DNA from: Prorocentrum cordatum
Lineage: Eukaryota
NCBI GenBank assembly: GCA_963575745.1
Contig: CAUYUJ010000181.1
Coordinates: 1 to 64,000, forward strand
Length of the DNA: 64,000 nucleotides
Direction: 5' to 3'
The translations under genes were made by a program, and so were the position numbers. Shown piece by piece: positions 40,020 through 54,900 of this stretch; the stretch's first letter is position 1, and each line of letters starts with the position of its first letter. The notes beneath the pieces were generated by a model that saw nothing but the letters and a program-made list of their open reading frames with translations, was not told where the DNA came from and searched no databases.

Positions 40020-40657
40020 CGTCGTCGTCGTCGTCGCCGTCCTCCCTCCTCCCTCGTCGTCGTCGTCGTCGCCGTCATCGTCTTCTGTCTTTCCTCATCG
40101 TCGTCGTCCTCCTCTTTGGCGTCGTTGTCGTTTCCGCCGACGTTGTCGCCCTCATCGTCCTTCCTCCTCCCTCGTCGTCGTCGTCGTCGGTCGTCGGCGT
40201 CTCGTCGTCGTCCCTCCTATTAAGTCGCCGTCGTCGTCGTTGTCGTCGTCTTCCCTCCTCCCTCGTCGTTGTCGTCGTCGGCGTCGCCGTCTCCCTCCTT
40301 CTTCGTCGTTCGCGTCGTCGCCGTCCTCCCTCCTCCCTCGTCGTCGTCGTCGTTGTCGCCGTCGTCGTCCTCCCCCCTCCCTCGTCGTCGTCGTCGTCTT
40401 CGTTGGCGACGTCGTTGTCGTCGTCGTCTTATCGGCGTCGTCGCCGCCGTCGTCGTCGTCGTCGTCGTCGGCGTCGTCATCGTCGTCGTCGTCGGCGTCG
40501 TCGTCGTCGGCGTCGTCGTCTTCGTCGCCGTCGGCGTCGACGTCGTCGTCGTCGGTGTCGGCGTCGTCGACGTCGTCGTCGGAGTCGTCGTCGGTGTCGT
40601 CGTAGTCGCCGTCGGCGTCGTCGTCGTCGTCGCCGTCGTCGTCGGCGTCGGTGTCGT
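40020..40657. repeat. Degenerate (GTC)n tract
   Basis: Directly visible. Confidence 0.9.
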
Positions 40658-41034
40658 TGCCAAGTGCCATTTGGTACCTACCGTCACGGTCCTCAGAGGT
40701 CTTGCGACCAAGTTGCGGGTGGGAGGGTGGGATGTTTGCACGAGCAGTGGAGAGGACAGCTTCAAGACAGTCAAAGTGGATTGATGACATCAGTTGCACA
40801 ACATAAACTGCACCACACGCATTGCACAACGTCGATTGCACCACATAGATTGCGCACCACGTCCATTGCACCACGTCGAGTGGACCACATGCAATGCGCA
40901 ACATAGATTACTCAACATAGACTGCACCACATAAATTACAACACCTAAATTACACCACCGATAGTGGTCCACAAAGGTTGCACAACATAGATTGCAGAAA
41001 TAGGTTGCACAACCTAAGTTGCATCCTAATACAC

Positions 41035-41830
41035 TATCCCTAACACCCGAATCCAACCCTGACACCCGTGCAGTAACACCCTAACCTTAATCCTGACAAC
41101 CTAACCCGACCCCCTTACCCTTCAAACACCCTAACCCTACCACCGTAAATTTACACCCTAACCCCACTACACTTTAATCCTACCACCCTAGCCCTAACAT
41201 CCTACACCTAACCCTACCGCCCCAACCGTAACCCTACCACCCAAAGCGTAACACCGTGACATCCTACCCTAACCCCGACACCCTAAAGCGTAACACACAG
41301 CCCTTAACAGGATAAGCCTAACACCATCGCTTTAAACCCTTAACCCAAAAACACCCTAAGCCTAACACCGTACCCCGAAGACTACCGCCCTAAGTGTAAC
41401 ACCCTAACCCTGACACTTTTCCCCTAACACCCGAATCCGAACCCGAATATCCAGATCCTAACACCCTGACCCTCACGCCCTAAGCCTAACACCCAAAACC
41501 TAACACCCTGACCCTAACACCCTAAGCTTAACATCCTAATCTTCCGCTCCCACATGAAACACACAACTGTCCTGACACCCTAACCCTAACACCCTAACCC
41601 TAACATTAACCCTACCGCCCCACCCTTTAACCCTAACACCCTAACACCAACACCGAAACCCTGACACCCCAACCCTAACACCCTAACCCTAACACCCGAA
41701 CCCTAACACCATGACCCTAACCCTGCCCGTAAACGTACCAACCTAAGCCTGGCACCCTAACCCTAACACCCTAACCCGAACCCTACCGCCCGAACCCTGA
41801 CACCTTGACCCTAACACCCTACCCTAACAG
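41035..41830. repeat. Degenerate telomere-like (CCCTAA/CCCTAACA)n interstitial tract
   Basis: e.g. CCCTAACCCTAACACCCTAACCCTAAC at ~41578. Confidence 0.8.
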
Positions 41831-44800
41831 TCTGACCGGCGCAAAGGGATAGGAGCGGGGGGGGGCCCCCGAACCCTCTCGCCGGCGCAAGGGGAAGGGG
41901 GGGGGATCCGAAATCCTTCCCCTCCCCCTTTGGCGCAAAAGGGGGGGAGGGGGGAGCGGGGGGGGGGAACGAAACCCCCACCCCCCCTTTGAAAGGGAGG
42001 GTGGGGGGGTCCAGAAACTCTCCCCGCCCTTTTGAGGAGGGGGAGGCGGCGGGGCCTGTGCGAGCACACCTTCCCGTTGCAAGTGGAGCGGGCTCCATTC
42101 CTTGCCGCCCTCTCGTACAAAAAAGAAACTGTGGGTTCGCGCGCCCAAAGCCACGATCCCTCGTGGAGAGGAAGGAGAGGAAAAGCAAAAACAAAGCAAA
42201 AAAAAACGATTGGCCCGCGCTCCCGAGGCCGCGATCCCTCCTGCAAAACCTGGGCCCGCGCCCCCGAGGCCACGATCCCCCGTAAGGAACAATGTAAGGG
42301 ACCGGACTCTATACACCGACGTTTTCTACGGCCCCGCACTGAAATTCGCACAAGAAGGCGGATCCTGGTTTTATACGGGATCCTGGTGTATACATTTTTC
42401 GTGACTTCCACGGGAACACGGGGAAAGTAGTATACACCACACCACTCCGACGTCGTCCCCGACCCTCACAAAGTTCTGGGACTGAAAAGCAGCCCGCCAC
42501 TGGCAGTGTATATGTTCCAGTTTCCGACACTGGCCTCGCGCCCCCGAGGCCCAAGATGGTCTCAAGACGGCCCAAGAGGCCCCCAAGGCAGCCCAGGAGG
42601 GCCACGAGAGGACCCCCAGTGGGTGCCGAAGACAGCGCGATCACCGATGCCCCTTGAATCTTTGAAAGACCTTGACGCCTTTCTCTTCTCGGGCTCCCTT
42701 CGGCTCTAGACGGCCCCAGAGGCCTCCACGGCGGTCCCGAGGCGGCCCGAGAGGGCCCCCAAAGGACCCAGTGATCCTCCGAGACGGCCCCCAGACGGCC
42801 CAGGAGGGCCCCGGTTCGGCCCGGGACGGCCCCAAGAGCCCCCACGAGGCCGACGCCAAGCACGACGAGAAGCACGCACCGACACGACGCGGAGAACTGC
42901 TGAACGCCTGACGGCACTCCCGAGCCCAGGTACACAGTGGTGCTGCACGTCACGGACGCCCGTGCGCCCTCGAGCAGTCCCCACCCAGAATGCCGGGCTG
43001 GCGCGGCGGCGGGACTTGCCGCAGGCAGCTGGACATGCATAGGTGCACACATCTGTGTAAGTGTGTAGCTGGCCATCGCTCGGACGTCCATTCCCTGTGC
43101 TTCCTTCAGTTTCGTGCGTGGTTTTTTCGCCAAATGATCAGGGATGCTCCTCGATGGTCCTCGCGGAAGGAAAATGCACACGTCCGAGCGATGCCAAGGC
43201 AGTGCTCTATTCACAGATGTACAACAAAATGACTCCCCCCCTCGATCACACCACACGCGCACTCTCCCCAATTTCCCGCCGTATCCACCCATGAGCCTTC
43301 CGGCCTCGGCCAGCTCTGAGTGTGCCCTGATCTCAACTTGCCTACTGTTGGCGCGAGGGCGTCGCCCAACTTCACGATCGAATGGCCGAACGAAGAAGAT
43401 TTCCCGATGCTGTAATATTGCACCCCCTTTCCCCCCATTCTCGCCCTCGTATACACGTGCGAAGATCCCGGAACGCAGCTCTCAGAGAGCTTAACACAGC
43501 GCTTGCGGTACCGAGGATGAAGAGAGCGCAAGCAGGGAAAAGGGGAAAAAAGGCCGTGGAGAAAGAAGGACAGAGTAAAAGGAGAGGACGGGCGGAGGAG
43601 TGATGCCTGCTCTCGTGCTCTGTCCCGCGCCTTTCCTCATATGAGAAAGAAAAGGAGAAGGAGAGGAAAGGAGGGAGAAGGACGGATGGCGACGAGGAGA
43701 GGAGAAGAAGAGAGGGGAGAAGGGAGGCGGGGAAAAGATCCCCCATCGAAGGGGCCGATCTCACAAGCCTCGCTCCCAGCGCTCCCCGCTCACCTGGAAA
43801 TGAGGGGTGGCGAGAGCCAAGGCGACGAGACGGACGCCCCCACGGGCTCTGGGATGCGAGGATGCCGAAAGTTTTCCTCGCCGCCCCGCCATCTCCTAGA
43901 AGCTCCAGAGACACCACAGAGCTTCTTAGAAGACACCCCCAAAACCACCCACCAGACAACAAACTTCTCCCCAACCACGCGCATCCTCCTCTTCCTCCTC
44001 CTCCTCCTCCTCCTCCTCCTCCTCCTCCTCCTCCTCCTCCTCCTCCTCCTCGAGCGCCTAGCTTGCAGTTCTCCGCGCACCAGTCCTTCAGGTCCCTCAC
44101 CATCGCCTGCACGCCCCCAGACCCGCGCGGAAAGGAAAAGGCAACAGGGGCGGAAAGACGGAGAGATAAGAGGGAAAGAGAAGGGGAAGGGGACGGGGAG
44201 GAGAGAGAGAGAGAGAGAGGCAGAGGACAAGGTAGGTGCGCCCGCGCCGTACCTGACATCATTCTACTGTGCTCAATAGTTTCATGATCGCCAGTCCAGG
44301 TGTCGACTGGGAGCTCGACCCTTGCATTGCATGTGCAGCGCAGATAGGGGCCAGGCGAAAGGATGGAGGAGGGGAATGAAGAGGACCAGGGGGAGGAGGA
44401 GATGGAGAAGGAGGCGGAAGCCAAGGAGGACGACGAGCGCTGCGGACGCGGTGCGCCTCGGGGTCCCCGGCCCCCCAGGGCGGCGCGGGCTGCGCCCGCG
44501 GGAGTCGCGGCCCCAGGCACCGGGCAGCATCGGGGGAGAGGGGACTCCCGAGACGAGCGCGTTCACCTGCTCTTGTCACGAGCACACGTGGAGTCGGTTT
44601 CGATGATCCAGCTATCCTTCGACATCCTGACGGATGCATCCTGCGACCGCCATCAGAAGGATGAGGGTCTCCTGCGCGCGCTGGCAGCGTCAACATGCAC
44701 TCCCCTATCACATGAGATAGAGACCCCGAACACTGCAGATCCGCCGCGGGGGACCCTGTTTTGCGGTCGAGCGCTGGCGAGCAGGCGCTGTGCGAGTGGT

Positions 44801-45699
44801 GGAACGCGCTCGGTGCGGGGAGGGCCGCGCTCGTGGAGCGCGGGCGCGGCCGCCTCGCGCCCTGGCCGGCGGTTCCGAGCGTCTCGCGGGGTGGCCGCCC
44901 GCGTCTCCGCCTCTCGCCGCCGCCTCGCTCGCCAGGCAGTGCTTGCACTCGAGGGCTCCTGCTGTCTCTCGCACGCAGGCGGCTGGCACATCTCGGGCCG
45001 GGCGAGAGAGGGGGACAGCAGAGAGGGGGGGGGGGGGGAGAATCAGCTCACGTGGCTGATTTCCCCGGCGCTTCCCGGCGCCGGGAGGCGCCCATGCATC
45101 GAGGAATGGGCCCCTCGGTGGGGCCGAAACCAGCTGCACGCAGCAGATGTCGTAACCCTCCCTCCCTCCTCCTCCTCCCTCCTCCTCCTCCTCCTCCTCC
45201 TCCTCCTCCTCCTCCTCCTCTCCTCCTCCTCCCTCCCTCCTCCTCCTCCTCTCCTCCTCCCTCCTCCCCCTCCTCCTCCTCCCTCCTCCTCCTCCTCCTC
45301 CTCCCCCCCCCTCTCCCAATCCCCCCCTCTCGTCCGGCCCGACTCGCCCAGCCGCCGCCCGCTGCCGCCTCGCCGCAGCCCCCACGCCGCCTCGTGCGCT
45401 GGCCGGGCCGTGCCGGGCGCCTCGCCGGGTGGCCGCCCGTGGGCGCCCGTGGCCGCCCGCCGCGTCGCCGCCCCGTCCGTCCGCCGCGCACGGCGCGGGC
45501 CAGGCTGCCTCGCTGGGGGGCCACGTGCGAAGCCTACCCCCTGCGAAATGCTTAAGAAATCATGGGTTAAGAAATTCATAGTCTCAGAACTTGAATAAAA
45601 AAAAACCCAAATTTCTATTAAAATCTTAGGATTTACATTGAAACGTTAAGAATAATCGAGACTCTGGCCGAAAACTTGGGTTTTCTTAAGCATCGCCTA

Positions 45700-48420
45700 A
45701 GGTGTACCCCCTACCCCACACGATAGCCAGACTGCATGCGTGGCAGAGGAGCAGAGGAGGGCCACGCTGCTTCGATGGGGGGCCACGTGCGAAGCCTACC
45801 CCCCACCCCCCACGATTTCTGAGGGGGGGGGGTCATTTCGCTCGGGAGCTCCTGAACGAAGAGAAAGAGAGAGAGAGAGAGACAGAGAGACGGAGGGACA
45901 GAGAAACAGGGGCAGAGGCACAGGCAGAGACAGAGACGGAGATAGAGACGGAGACAGAGACAGAGACGGCGACCGACGGGCAGCCCGGAGCGGTAGAGCA
46001 GCAGAGGAGGGCAGGAGTGCGGCAGGCGCCACGGCGAGAGCGCCCTTGCACAGGATATGGCCGAAGACGAGCGGCCGAGGACGATCCGGTGGAAGAGACG
46101 CGGAGGAGAGACCATTAGGGGGCCACATGCGAACCTTACCCCTACCCCCCACGACTTCTGAGGGGGAGGGCGGGGTTCATTTCGTTCGGGAGCTCCCGAG
46201 CGAAGTGATGCCTTCCAGTGCGGAGGCCACCTCTCCAGCACATTGTCCTTTCCTTACACAGGGATTTCAAACGCTGTCAGTCTGAAACTTGCTTGGTTCG
46301 ATCGGGCTGTCCTCGGCATGGTTAGGGGGCCACATGCGAACCCTACCCCTACCCCCCACGACTGTGAACCCCACCCTCCCCCTCAGAAGTCGTGGGGGGT
46401 AGGGGTAGGGTTCGCATGTGGCCCCCTAGTCGTCGGTGGACAAAACCTCCCTCTAGCAAACCTCCATTTAGTGAAAACGGCCTGGGACCGAAACCGACGG
46501 ACCTGGAACCGCAAAAATGTCGGCCGCGACGCCCTCTCGCGAACCGAAAAGGGCCAATTCCTTAATCGACGTGTCAGGGTAAGGGGTCTGTCCACCCCCG
46601 ACACATATCGGCGGCGAGCGAGGGGGGGAAATGAGAAGGAGAAGGCCTTCTCGGAAGGCGGCGGGACTTCTCAAGAGCCCTCGCGCCTTCTGAGAAGCTG
46701 TTGTTGGTCTTCGGGGGAGGCTTAGAAAGCTTCTCGGAAGGCCGGGGGGCTTCCGAGCCTTCTGAGAAGGCCTTCTCATTCTCACTTCCCCCCCTCGCTC
46801 GCCGCCGAACACAGCTTCCACCACGCGGCCCGCACCGCATTGATGGCACCACATGCCCTCCACCGCAGAGCTTCCACCACCCAGCGTCCATCACGTATAT
46901 GTTGCGCTACATAGGTTGCACCGCACTGCTCTCACAGCGTCGCTTGCACCACATGGCTTCCACCAGTACTGGCATATCCACGGTGCATGATTTCACTCTT
47001 GGGGGGTCCACGGTGGCAGACGTTGAAGTCCCCTGTACGGATGTACAGCACGCGGAAGTGGAGGCCCCCGCACTGGACAGTGCCAGGAGAGAAAGAGAGA
47101 GAGAGAGAGACAGAGAGACGGAGGGACAGAGAAATAGAGAAACAGAGACAGAGGCACAGGCAGAGACAGAGACGGAGACGGAGACGGAGACAGAGACAGA
47201 GACAGCGACAGACGGGCAGCCAGAGAAACGGAGAAGAGCGGCAGCCAGGTTGCATGCGTGGTAGAGGAGCAGAGGAGGGCAGGAGTGCGGCAGGCGCCAC
47301 GGCGAGAGCGCCCTTGCACAGGATATGGCCGAAGACGAGCGGCCGAGGACGATCCGATGGAAAAGACGTGGAGGAAGGACCATGCCGAAGACAGCCCGAT
47401 CGAACCAAGCCAGTTTCAGACCGACAGCGTTTGAGATCCCTGTGCAAGGAAAGGACAGTGTGCTGGAGAGGTGGCCTCCGCACTGGAAGGCATCGCGAGA
47501 GAGAGAGAGAAGAGCAGCACGAGAGATCGTTTTTGTTGGTTCGGCGGCAGCCCAAGTGGTCCTTTGGGGGGAGAGGAAGCTGCCGGCCGATGACCGAACC
47601 TTTTCCATCCCGGGCAGCCCTGCGCGTGCCCGCGCGCCCCGGCACTGCGTATCCCCCGTCGGACCTGCGCAGCCGACAAGGCCAGGTGATCCGGAACTCG
47701 GGTTACAGTCGGGGCCTTGACCTAAAGGAACCCAAAATAAGGAACGAGGCCCCTTTTTGTTCCATTAGTTAAACTTCGGTTTCCCATCGAAAACACGAGG
47801 AAAGCCTGAGGCAAGCTGCGAAACGCTTGAGGAACGCGGAGCCCCTCCCCAACGAAAAAGGTTCCTTCTTCAGGGCCCCGACTGTATCGGCGGGCCCTTT
47901 GAAAAATAGTCCCTACTCATATCGAGCAATTGTGGAGGGAGGAGCGGGAGTACGGCAGGCGCCGAAGCGAGGGCGCCCTTCCGGACGGCCGAGGACGAAC
48001 GGCCGAAGGTGACCCAACAACGGGAAAGACACCGAGGAGAGGCCATGCCAGAGACGGCCCGATCGAGCAAAACATGTTAGAACTAGCAGTGTTTGATCCT
48101 GTGTGGGAGAAGGCAGTGCGTAGGAGAGGCGGCCCCCGCACTGGGCAGACTCAGGGAAGAGGAGAGATTAGCACTCATGTTGAGTAATGGTAGAGGGAGG
48201 GACAAGAGCATGGCAAGCGCCGAGGAGAGTGCCCTTCCGGACGGCCGAACACGAACGGGCGAAGACGACTGAACCAGCAAAACACTGGAGAAAGACAATG
48301 CCAGAGATGGTCCGATCGAACTAAGCATATTCAAACAAACAACGACGTTTGAAATCCTGCGTGTGGAAAGACAATACGCTGGAGAGGCGGCCCCAGCACT
48401 GGTCAGCATCACGAAAAAGA
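45700..48420. repeat. Cluster of related dispersed-repeat fragments
   Basis: 45860-46110 resembles 47090-47375; the GGCCGAGGACGA module recurs at ~47950-48300; GGGGCCAC(A/G)TGCGAA recurs at ~45517, 45778, 46118, 46326. Confidence 0.7.
46323..46428. mobile_element. ~105-bp hairpin element with perfect ~40-bp inverted arms
   Basis: TAGGGGGCCACATGCGAACCCTACCCCTACCCCCCACGACT and its exact reverse complement. Confidence 0.85.
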
Positions 48421-51204
48421 GGGGAGCAGTACTCATATTGAGCAGTGGTGGAGGAAAGGGCGGAAGGGAGAGGAGGAGCTGTCCCCTTCCCCTCCCCAGT
48501 CCTCTCTCCTCACACTTGCTCCCCCCCCCTCCTCCCCCCTCCTCCCACATCCCCACTCCCAGCTCCCAGTTCCATCTCCTACTCCTCTCCCTATCCCCCT
48601 GCCTCCGTCCTTCGTGTCCTCCTGCATCCCTTGTCCCAAAAAATATGTGCTTCCTGTCGCACCACTGGACACGTCGTTAGGGCGGGCCGGGCGGTTCGCC
48701 TGAGACTTCCGCACTACTTACAATCTTGAGGCTTGACAATTCCAACACTTCCAGGGATAGAGGGCGGGTGGTTTCCGGAATTGGACTCTCGCATTGGCGC
48801 CGCGCATACAGATTCCAACAATTACAAGGATGGACAGCGAATGGTTTCCACCAGAGGACTGGCGCCGCACACATTCGTCTCGCTCACTTCCAACCACAAC
48901 ACGGCTGGAGGGCGGTTCCTTTCCATTCACCCATTCCCCTGCTCACACCCCAGCCTCACGAGGGGCTGGAGTGGAGGCATGGATAGACGCCCGGCCTCGA
49001 GACGCCGCGTTTTTGCTCATGCCCTCACCCGATCATCCGAACGAAGGACGAGAACCGTCTCAATGACGCAGCCAGCTGGCCTCCTGGAGGCCTCCGACAG
49101 AGCTCCAGAAGGCTCTGGAAACCCCCCAGAGAGCTCCAGAGTCTGGACGCCTCAGGGGGCCTCGGGGAACCTCGTGAGACCTTCAGCGAGTGTGGCTGGA
49201 AGCGTCCACAAACACGGAGAGCAAACAAGGTGAAGCCGCCCTTGTAGATTGGGTTGCGGTCCGCCCCGAGAAAAAAGAAAAGTAGGAGACTTCAATAATT
49301 GAAACAGGAAGGTGCTTCATGATAGATGCTGCTAATTGGAGTTCCAGAAATGCTGCCTGCGACGACCGACGGGTGTATGAAGTAAGTAGGGTTTTATTAA
49401 GGAAAAAAGAGCGTCCGCAATGTAGGATCCCACCAGGGTTTAGCGACGACAACGAGAGCGCTCTCAAAGCCTTCGAAGATTGAGAAAACTATTCCAGAGA
49501 TCTGGAGTAGCGGTGTAGTTCCAAACCCCCTAGCAAGCCACTCCCAGGCCATTCACCCACACAGACGCACACCGAAACGCGCCTCGATACTGGTCTATGC
49601 GTCCAGGCCTCCTCGTCCCAGCACGACGCCCGTGCTCCCTGGCTGCCGTTCCTCCCTCCATCTCTAGCCCGACCGGCAGGGCACCGCGCGAGAAGGCTCG
49701 CCAGACTCGCTGCGGACAAGAGGAGGCGAAGCACGCCCTCGAACCATCAATCCCCCAAAACCTTCCAGGCAGACCCGACAAGCGTTTCAAACAGCAGCAA
49801 GCCGTGACCGGAAAAAGGCTGCCGCCTGCCACAGAGGTACGGCCGCAGGCAGCAGCACCCCGACATTGGAAGCCCCGGTTCGCACCTTGAGCGCCTTCGC
49901 CCAAGCGGTCTCGGGGTCCTGGCGCGGTCAGCCACGCACACCACAGACAGTGCGTGGGAGGGCGCACAGAGGATTGGCAGTGCTCGAAGAAAACTTCGTG
50001 GACAATCATCCGCAGTATCATTTCTTGGGCTTGGGTTGGGCCACCACGGTAAGCTGCGAAGTTTTCACACTCACAATCATTCTTCAGTGTCCAAACGATG
50101 GTATGGCGCCTTGCTTCCCGAATGTCGAGACAGAGTGTAATCGGATATAAAGCAGAAGAGCATACCTCAACGACATAGGACCTTCCGCCGGCCAAAACAA
50201 ACAGAACATCCAAGGGTACCCTCCCCAGGATGCACAAGAACACCCAACAAACACGAAGAACACGAGGGCACCCTCCCCGAACCGACCTCGATCTTATACC
50301 TCGGTCCGACTGTAATCGCTTGCCATGCCCGCTCACAATATGAGCACACCGTTTGTGTGTGAGTGCGACGTGTTGCTGGAATGTATGCTGATGTTGATGA
50401 TGCTGCGTCCTTCTGCGTGCGAGCTACTGGACATGGCGTTTCGCTCTCCCTGTCGTAGAAAAAGCCGTCAGCAACAACAGGAAATAATTGCAACGATAGC
50501 TGGCGTGTCGCGTCCCGTTTGCGTTCATACGCAGCACGGTTGCTTGTAGATCTGTATATCCAATATACACATAGTTTGTTCCACATACAACACAGAAACA
50601 CAAGCACAAACCTTTTATACATATAACGCATATCTGCATACACATCTATATGTATAAGAACACCGAAAACCATTCAACTATGTGGAATCGGATAAAGGCC
50701 ACCTTGCAACAGAGTGGGTGCTTGCCCAGAGACTATGCTCAGCTGACATGTCATAACACAAACACACGGACACACACACACACACACTTTCGGTCGTTGC
50801 GGCGCGGCGACTCGCCAGCGCGTTGGGCGCCCCACGCGGGGTGCGCAGTTCGAAAGGTCCTTCAGAAACCCCTCGTTTTAATGGAAGCAACTCATTTTTG
50901 GCGCGGGCTGGCCAACGGATTGGGACGGGAAACCACTGGGAAAACAATTCCCTCCCGCGGCGGCCACTGCTGGGGTTCCTACGGAGTCCTGGGGGTCATG
51001 GGAGTCCTACAGATTCAGACGTTTGCCTAAGAATTCTGCAGCTCCCCTCAGGATTCCGAAGGAACCCTCCGACTTCGTGGAAGTCCTCAAGGTCGGACTG
51101 GAATCCTGGCAGGGAGTCCTAGAAACCCATCTACAAAAAGGACCCAAGGACACCCCCAGGATTCCTACAGGATCCTTGGAAGTCCTGAGATTCAGAAGAC
51201 GTCC

Positions 51205-51885
<681 letters not shown>

Positions 51886-51886
51886 G

Positions 51887-51986
51887 NNNNNNNNNNNNNN
51901 NNNNNNNNNNNNNNNNNNNNNNNNNNNNNNNNNNNNNNNNNNNNNNNNNNNNNNNNNNNNNNNNNNNNNNNNNNNNNNNNNNNNNN
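51887..51986. other. Scaffold gap (100 N)
   Basis: Directly visible. Confidence 1.
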
Positions 51987-54900
51987 GGTGGCTCCCCCTT
52001 GGGGCTCCCAAATGATGCTCCTGGCAGCGTTTTGTGATCATGAGGCTCTCAAGAGAGACATGTGGGGAGGCCAAACGGCAATTTTAGCTGAGACGTCCCA
52101 CCAAAATCGGCGCGAACGGGCTCGTGATATCAGCCAGGGTGGCTCCCCCTTGGGGCTCCCAAATGATGCCCCTGGCAGCGTTTTGCGACCATGAGGCTCT
52201 CAAGAGAGACATGTTTGGGAGGCCAAACGGCAATTTTAGCTGAGACGTCCCACCAAAATCGGCGCGAACGGGCTCGTGAGATCAGCCAGGGTGGCTCCCC
52301 CTTGGGGCTCCCAAATGATGCCCCTGGCAGCGTTTTGTGACCATGAGGCTCTCAAGAGAGACATGTTGGGGAGGCCAAACGGCAATTTTAGCTGAGACGT
52401 CCCACCAAAATCGGCGCGAACGGGCTCGTGAGATCAGCCAGGGTGGCTCCCCCTTGGGGCTCCCAAATGATGCCCCTGGCAGCGTTTTGCGACCATGAGG
52501 CTCTCAAGAGAGACATGTTGGGGAGGCCAAACGGCAATTCTAGCTGAGACGTCCCACCAAAATCGGCGCGAACGGGCTCGTGAGATCAGCCAGGGTGGCT
52601 CCCCCTTGGGGCTCCCAAATGATGCCCCTGGCAGCGTTTTGCGACCATGAGGCTCTCAAGAGATACATGTTGGGGGCGCCAAACGGCAATTCTAGCTGAG
52701 ACGTCCCACCAAAATCGGCGCGAACGGGCTCGTGAGATCAGCCAGGGTGGCTCCCCCTTGGGGCTCCCAAATGATGCCCCTGGCAGCGTTTTGTGACCAT
52801 GAGGCTCTCAAGAGAGACATGTTGGGGAGGCCAAACGGCAATTTAGCTGAGACGTCCCACCAAAATCGGCGCGAACGGGCTCGTGAGATCAGCCAGGGTG
52901 GCTCCCCCTTGGGGCTCCCAAATGATGCCCCTGGCAGCGTTTTGCGACCATGAGGCTCTCAAGAGAGACATGTTGGGGAGGCCAAACGGCAATTTTAGCT
53001 GAGACGTCCCACCAAAATCGGCGCGAACGGGCTCGTGATATCAGCCAGGGTGGCTCCCCCTTGGGGCTCCCAAATGATGCCCCTGGCAGCGTTTTGTGAT
53101 CATGAGAGAGTGTGAGTGTGAGTGAATGTGACTGTGAGTGAGTCTGAGTGAGAGCGAGTCTCATCTTATCTTATCGAGTCCTATCTTATCGAGTCCTTGT
53201 CATATATCTTATCTTACCTTATCATATCTTGTGCTATCTTATTTGAGGGAGTTTCTGTGGAACTCACGTCATCCTCACCCCCGGCGCGAAGAGCACGAGC
53301 CCAGAGCGGCCTCCGGCACCGTTTCCGGACGGATCCGCTGGATCCGCTGGATCCGCTGGATCCGGTGACGAATCCCAAACCGGCGCCCTCGCCTGAGACA
53401 TCCTCACAAAACGGGCCCCGGGGGGGATGCCCAGAGGAGCCCAGAGCGGCCTCCGGCACCGTTTCCGGACGGATCCGCTGGATCCGCTGGATCCGCTGGA
53501 TGACGAATCCCAAACCGGCGCCCTCGCCTGAGACATCCTCACAAAACGGGCCCCGGGGGGGATGCCCAGAGGAGCCCAGAGCGGCCTCCTGGCACCGTTT
53601 CCGGACGGATCCGCTGGATCCGCTGGATCCGCTGGATCCGGTGACGAATCCCAAACCGGCGCCCTCGCCTGAGACATCCTCACAAAACGGGCCCCGGGGG
53701 GGATGCCCAGAGGAGCCCAGAGCGGCCTCCGGCACCGTTTCCGGACGGATCCGCTGGATCCGCTGGATCCGCTGGATCCGGTGACGAATCCCAAACCGGC
53801 GCCCTCGCCTGAGACATCCTCACAAAACGGGCCCCGGGGGGGATGCCCAGAGGAGCCCAGAGCGGCCTCCGGCACCGTTTCCGGACGGATCCGCTGGATC
53901 CGCTGGATCCGGTGACGAATCCCAAACCGGCGCCCTCGCCTGAGACATCCTCACAAAACGGGCCCCGGGGGGGATGCCCAGAGAGCCCAGAGCGGCCTCC
54001 GGCACCGTTTCCGGACGGATCCGCTGGATCCGCTGGATCCGCTTGATCCGGTGACGAATCCCAAACCGGCGCCCTCGCCTGAGACATCCTCACAAAACGG
54101 GCCCCGGGGGGGATGCCCAGAGGAGCCCAGAGCGGCCTCCGGCACCGTTTCCGGACGGATCCGCTGGATCCGCTGGATCCGGTGACGAATCCCAAACCGG
54201 CGCCCTCGCCTGAGACATCCTCACAAAACGGGCCCCGGGGGGGATGCCCAGAGGAGCCCAGAGCGGCCTCCGGCACCGTTTCCGGACGGATCCGCTGGAT
54301 CCGCTGGATCCGCTGGATCCGTGACGAATCCCAAACCGGCGCCCTCGCCTGAGACATCCTCACAAAACGGGCCCCGGGGGGGATGCCCAGAGGAGCCCAG
54401 AGCGGCCTCCGGCACCGTTTCCGGACGGATCCGCTGGATCCGCTGGATCCGCTGTCCGCTGGATCTCCCAAACCGGCGCCCTCGCCTGAGACATCCTCAC
54501 AAAACGGGCCCCGGGGGGGATGCCCAGAGGAGCCCAGAGCGGCCTCCGGCACCGTTTCCGGACGGATCCGCTGGATCCGCTGGATCCGGTGACGAATCCC
54601 AAACCGGCGCCCTCGCCTGAGACATCCTCACAAAACGGGCCCCGGGGGGGATGCCCAGAGGAGCCCAGAGCGGCCTCCGGCACCGTTTCCGGACGGATCC
54701 GCTGGATCCGCTGGATCCGCTGGATCCGGTGACGAATCCCAAACCGGCGCCCTCGCCTGAGACATCCTCACAAAACGGGCCCCGGGGGGGATGCCCAGAG
54801 GAGCCCAGAGCGGCCTCCGGCACCGTTTCCGGACGGATCCGCTGGATCCGCTGGATCCGGTGACGAATCCCAAACCGGCGCCCTCGCCTGAGACATCCTC

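Noticed and set aside
48700..50350. Coding-like complex sequence, including a 268-aa minus-strand ORF
   Set aside because: No motif could be assigned confidently; probably a decayed gene or TE.
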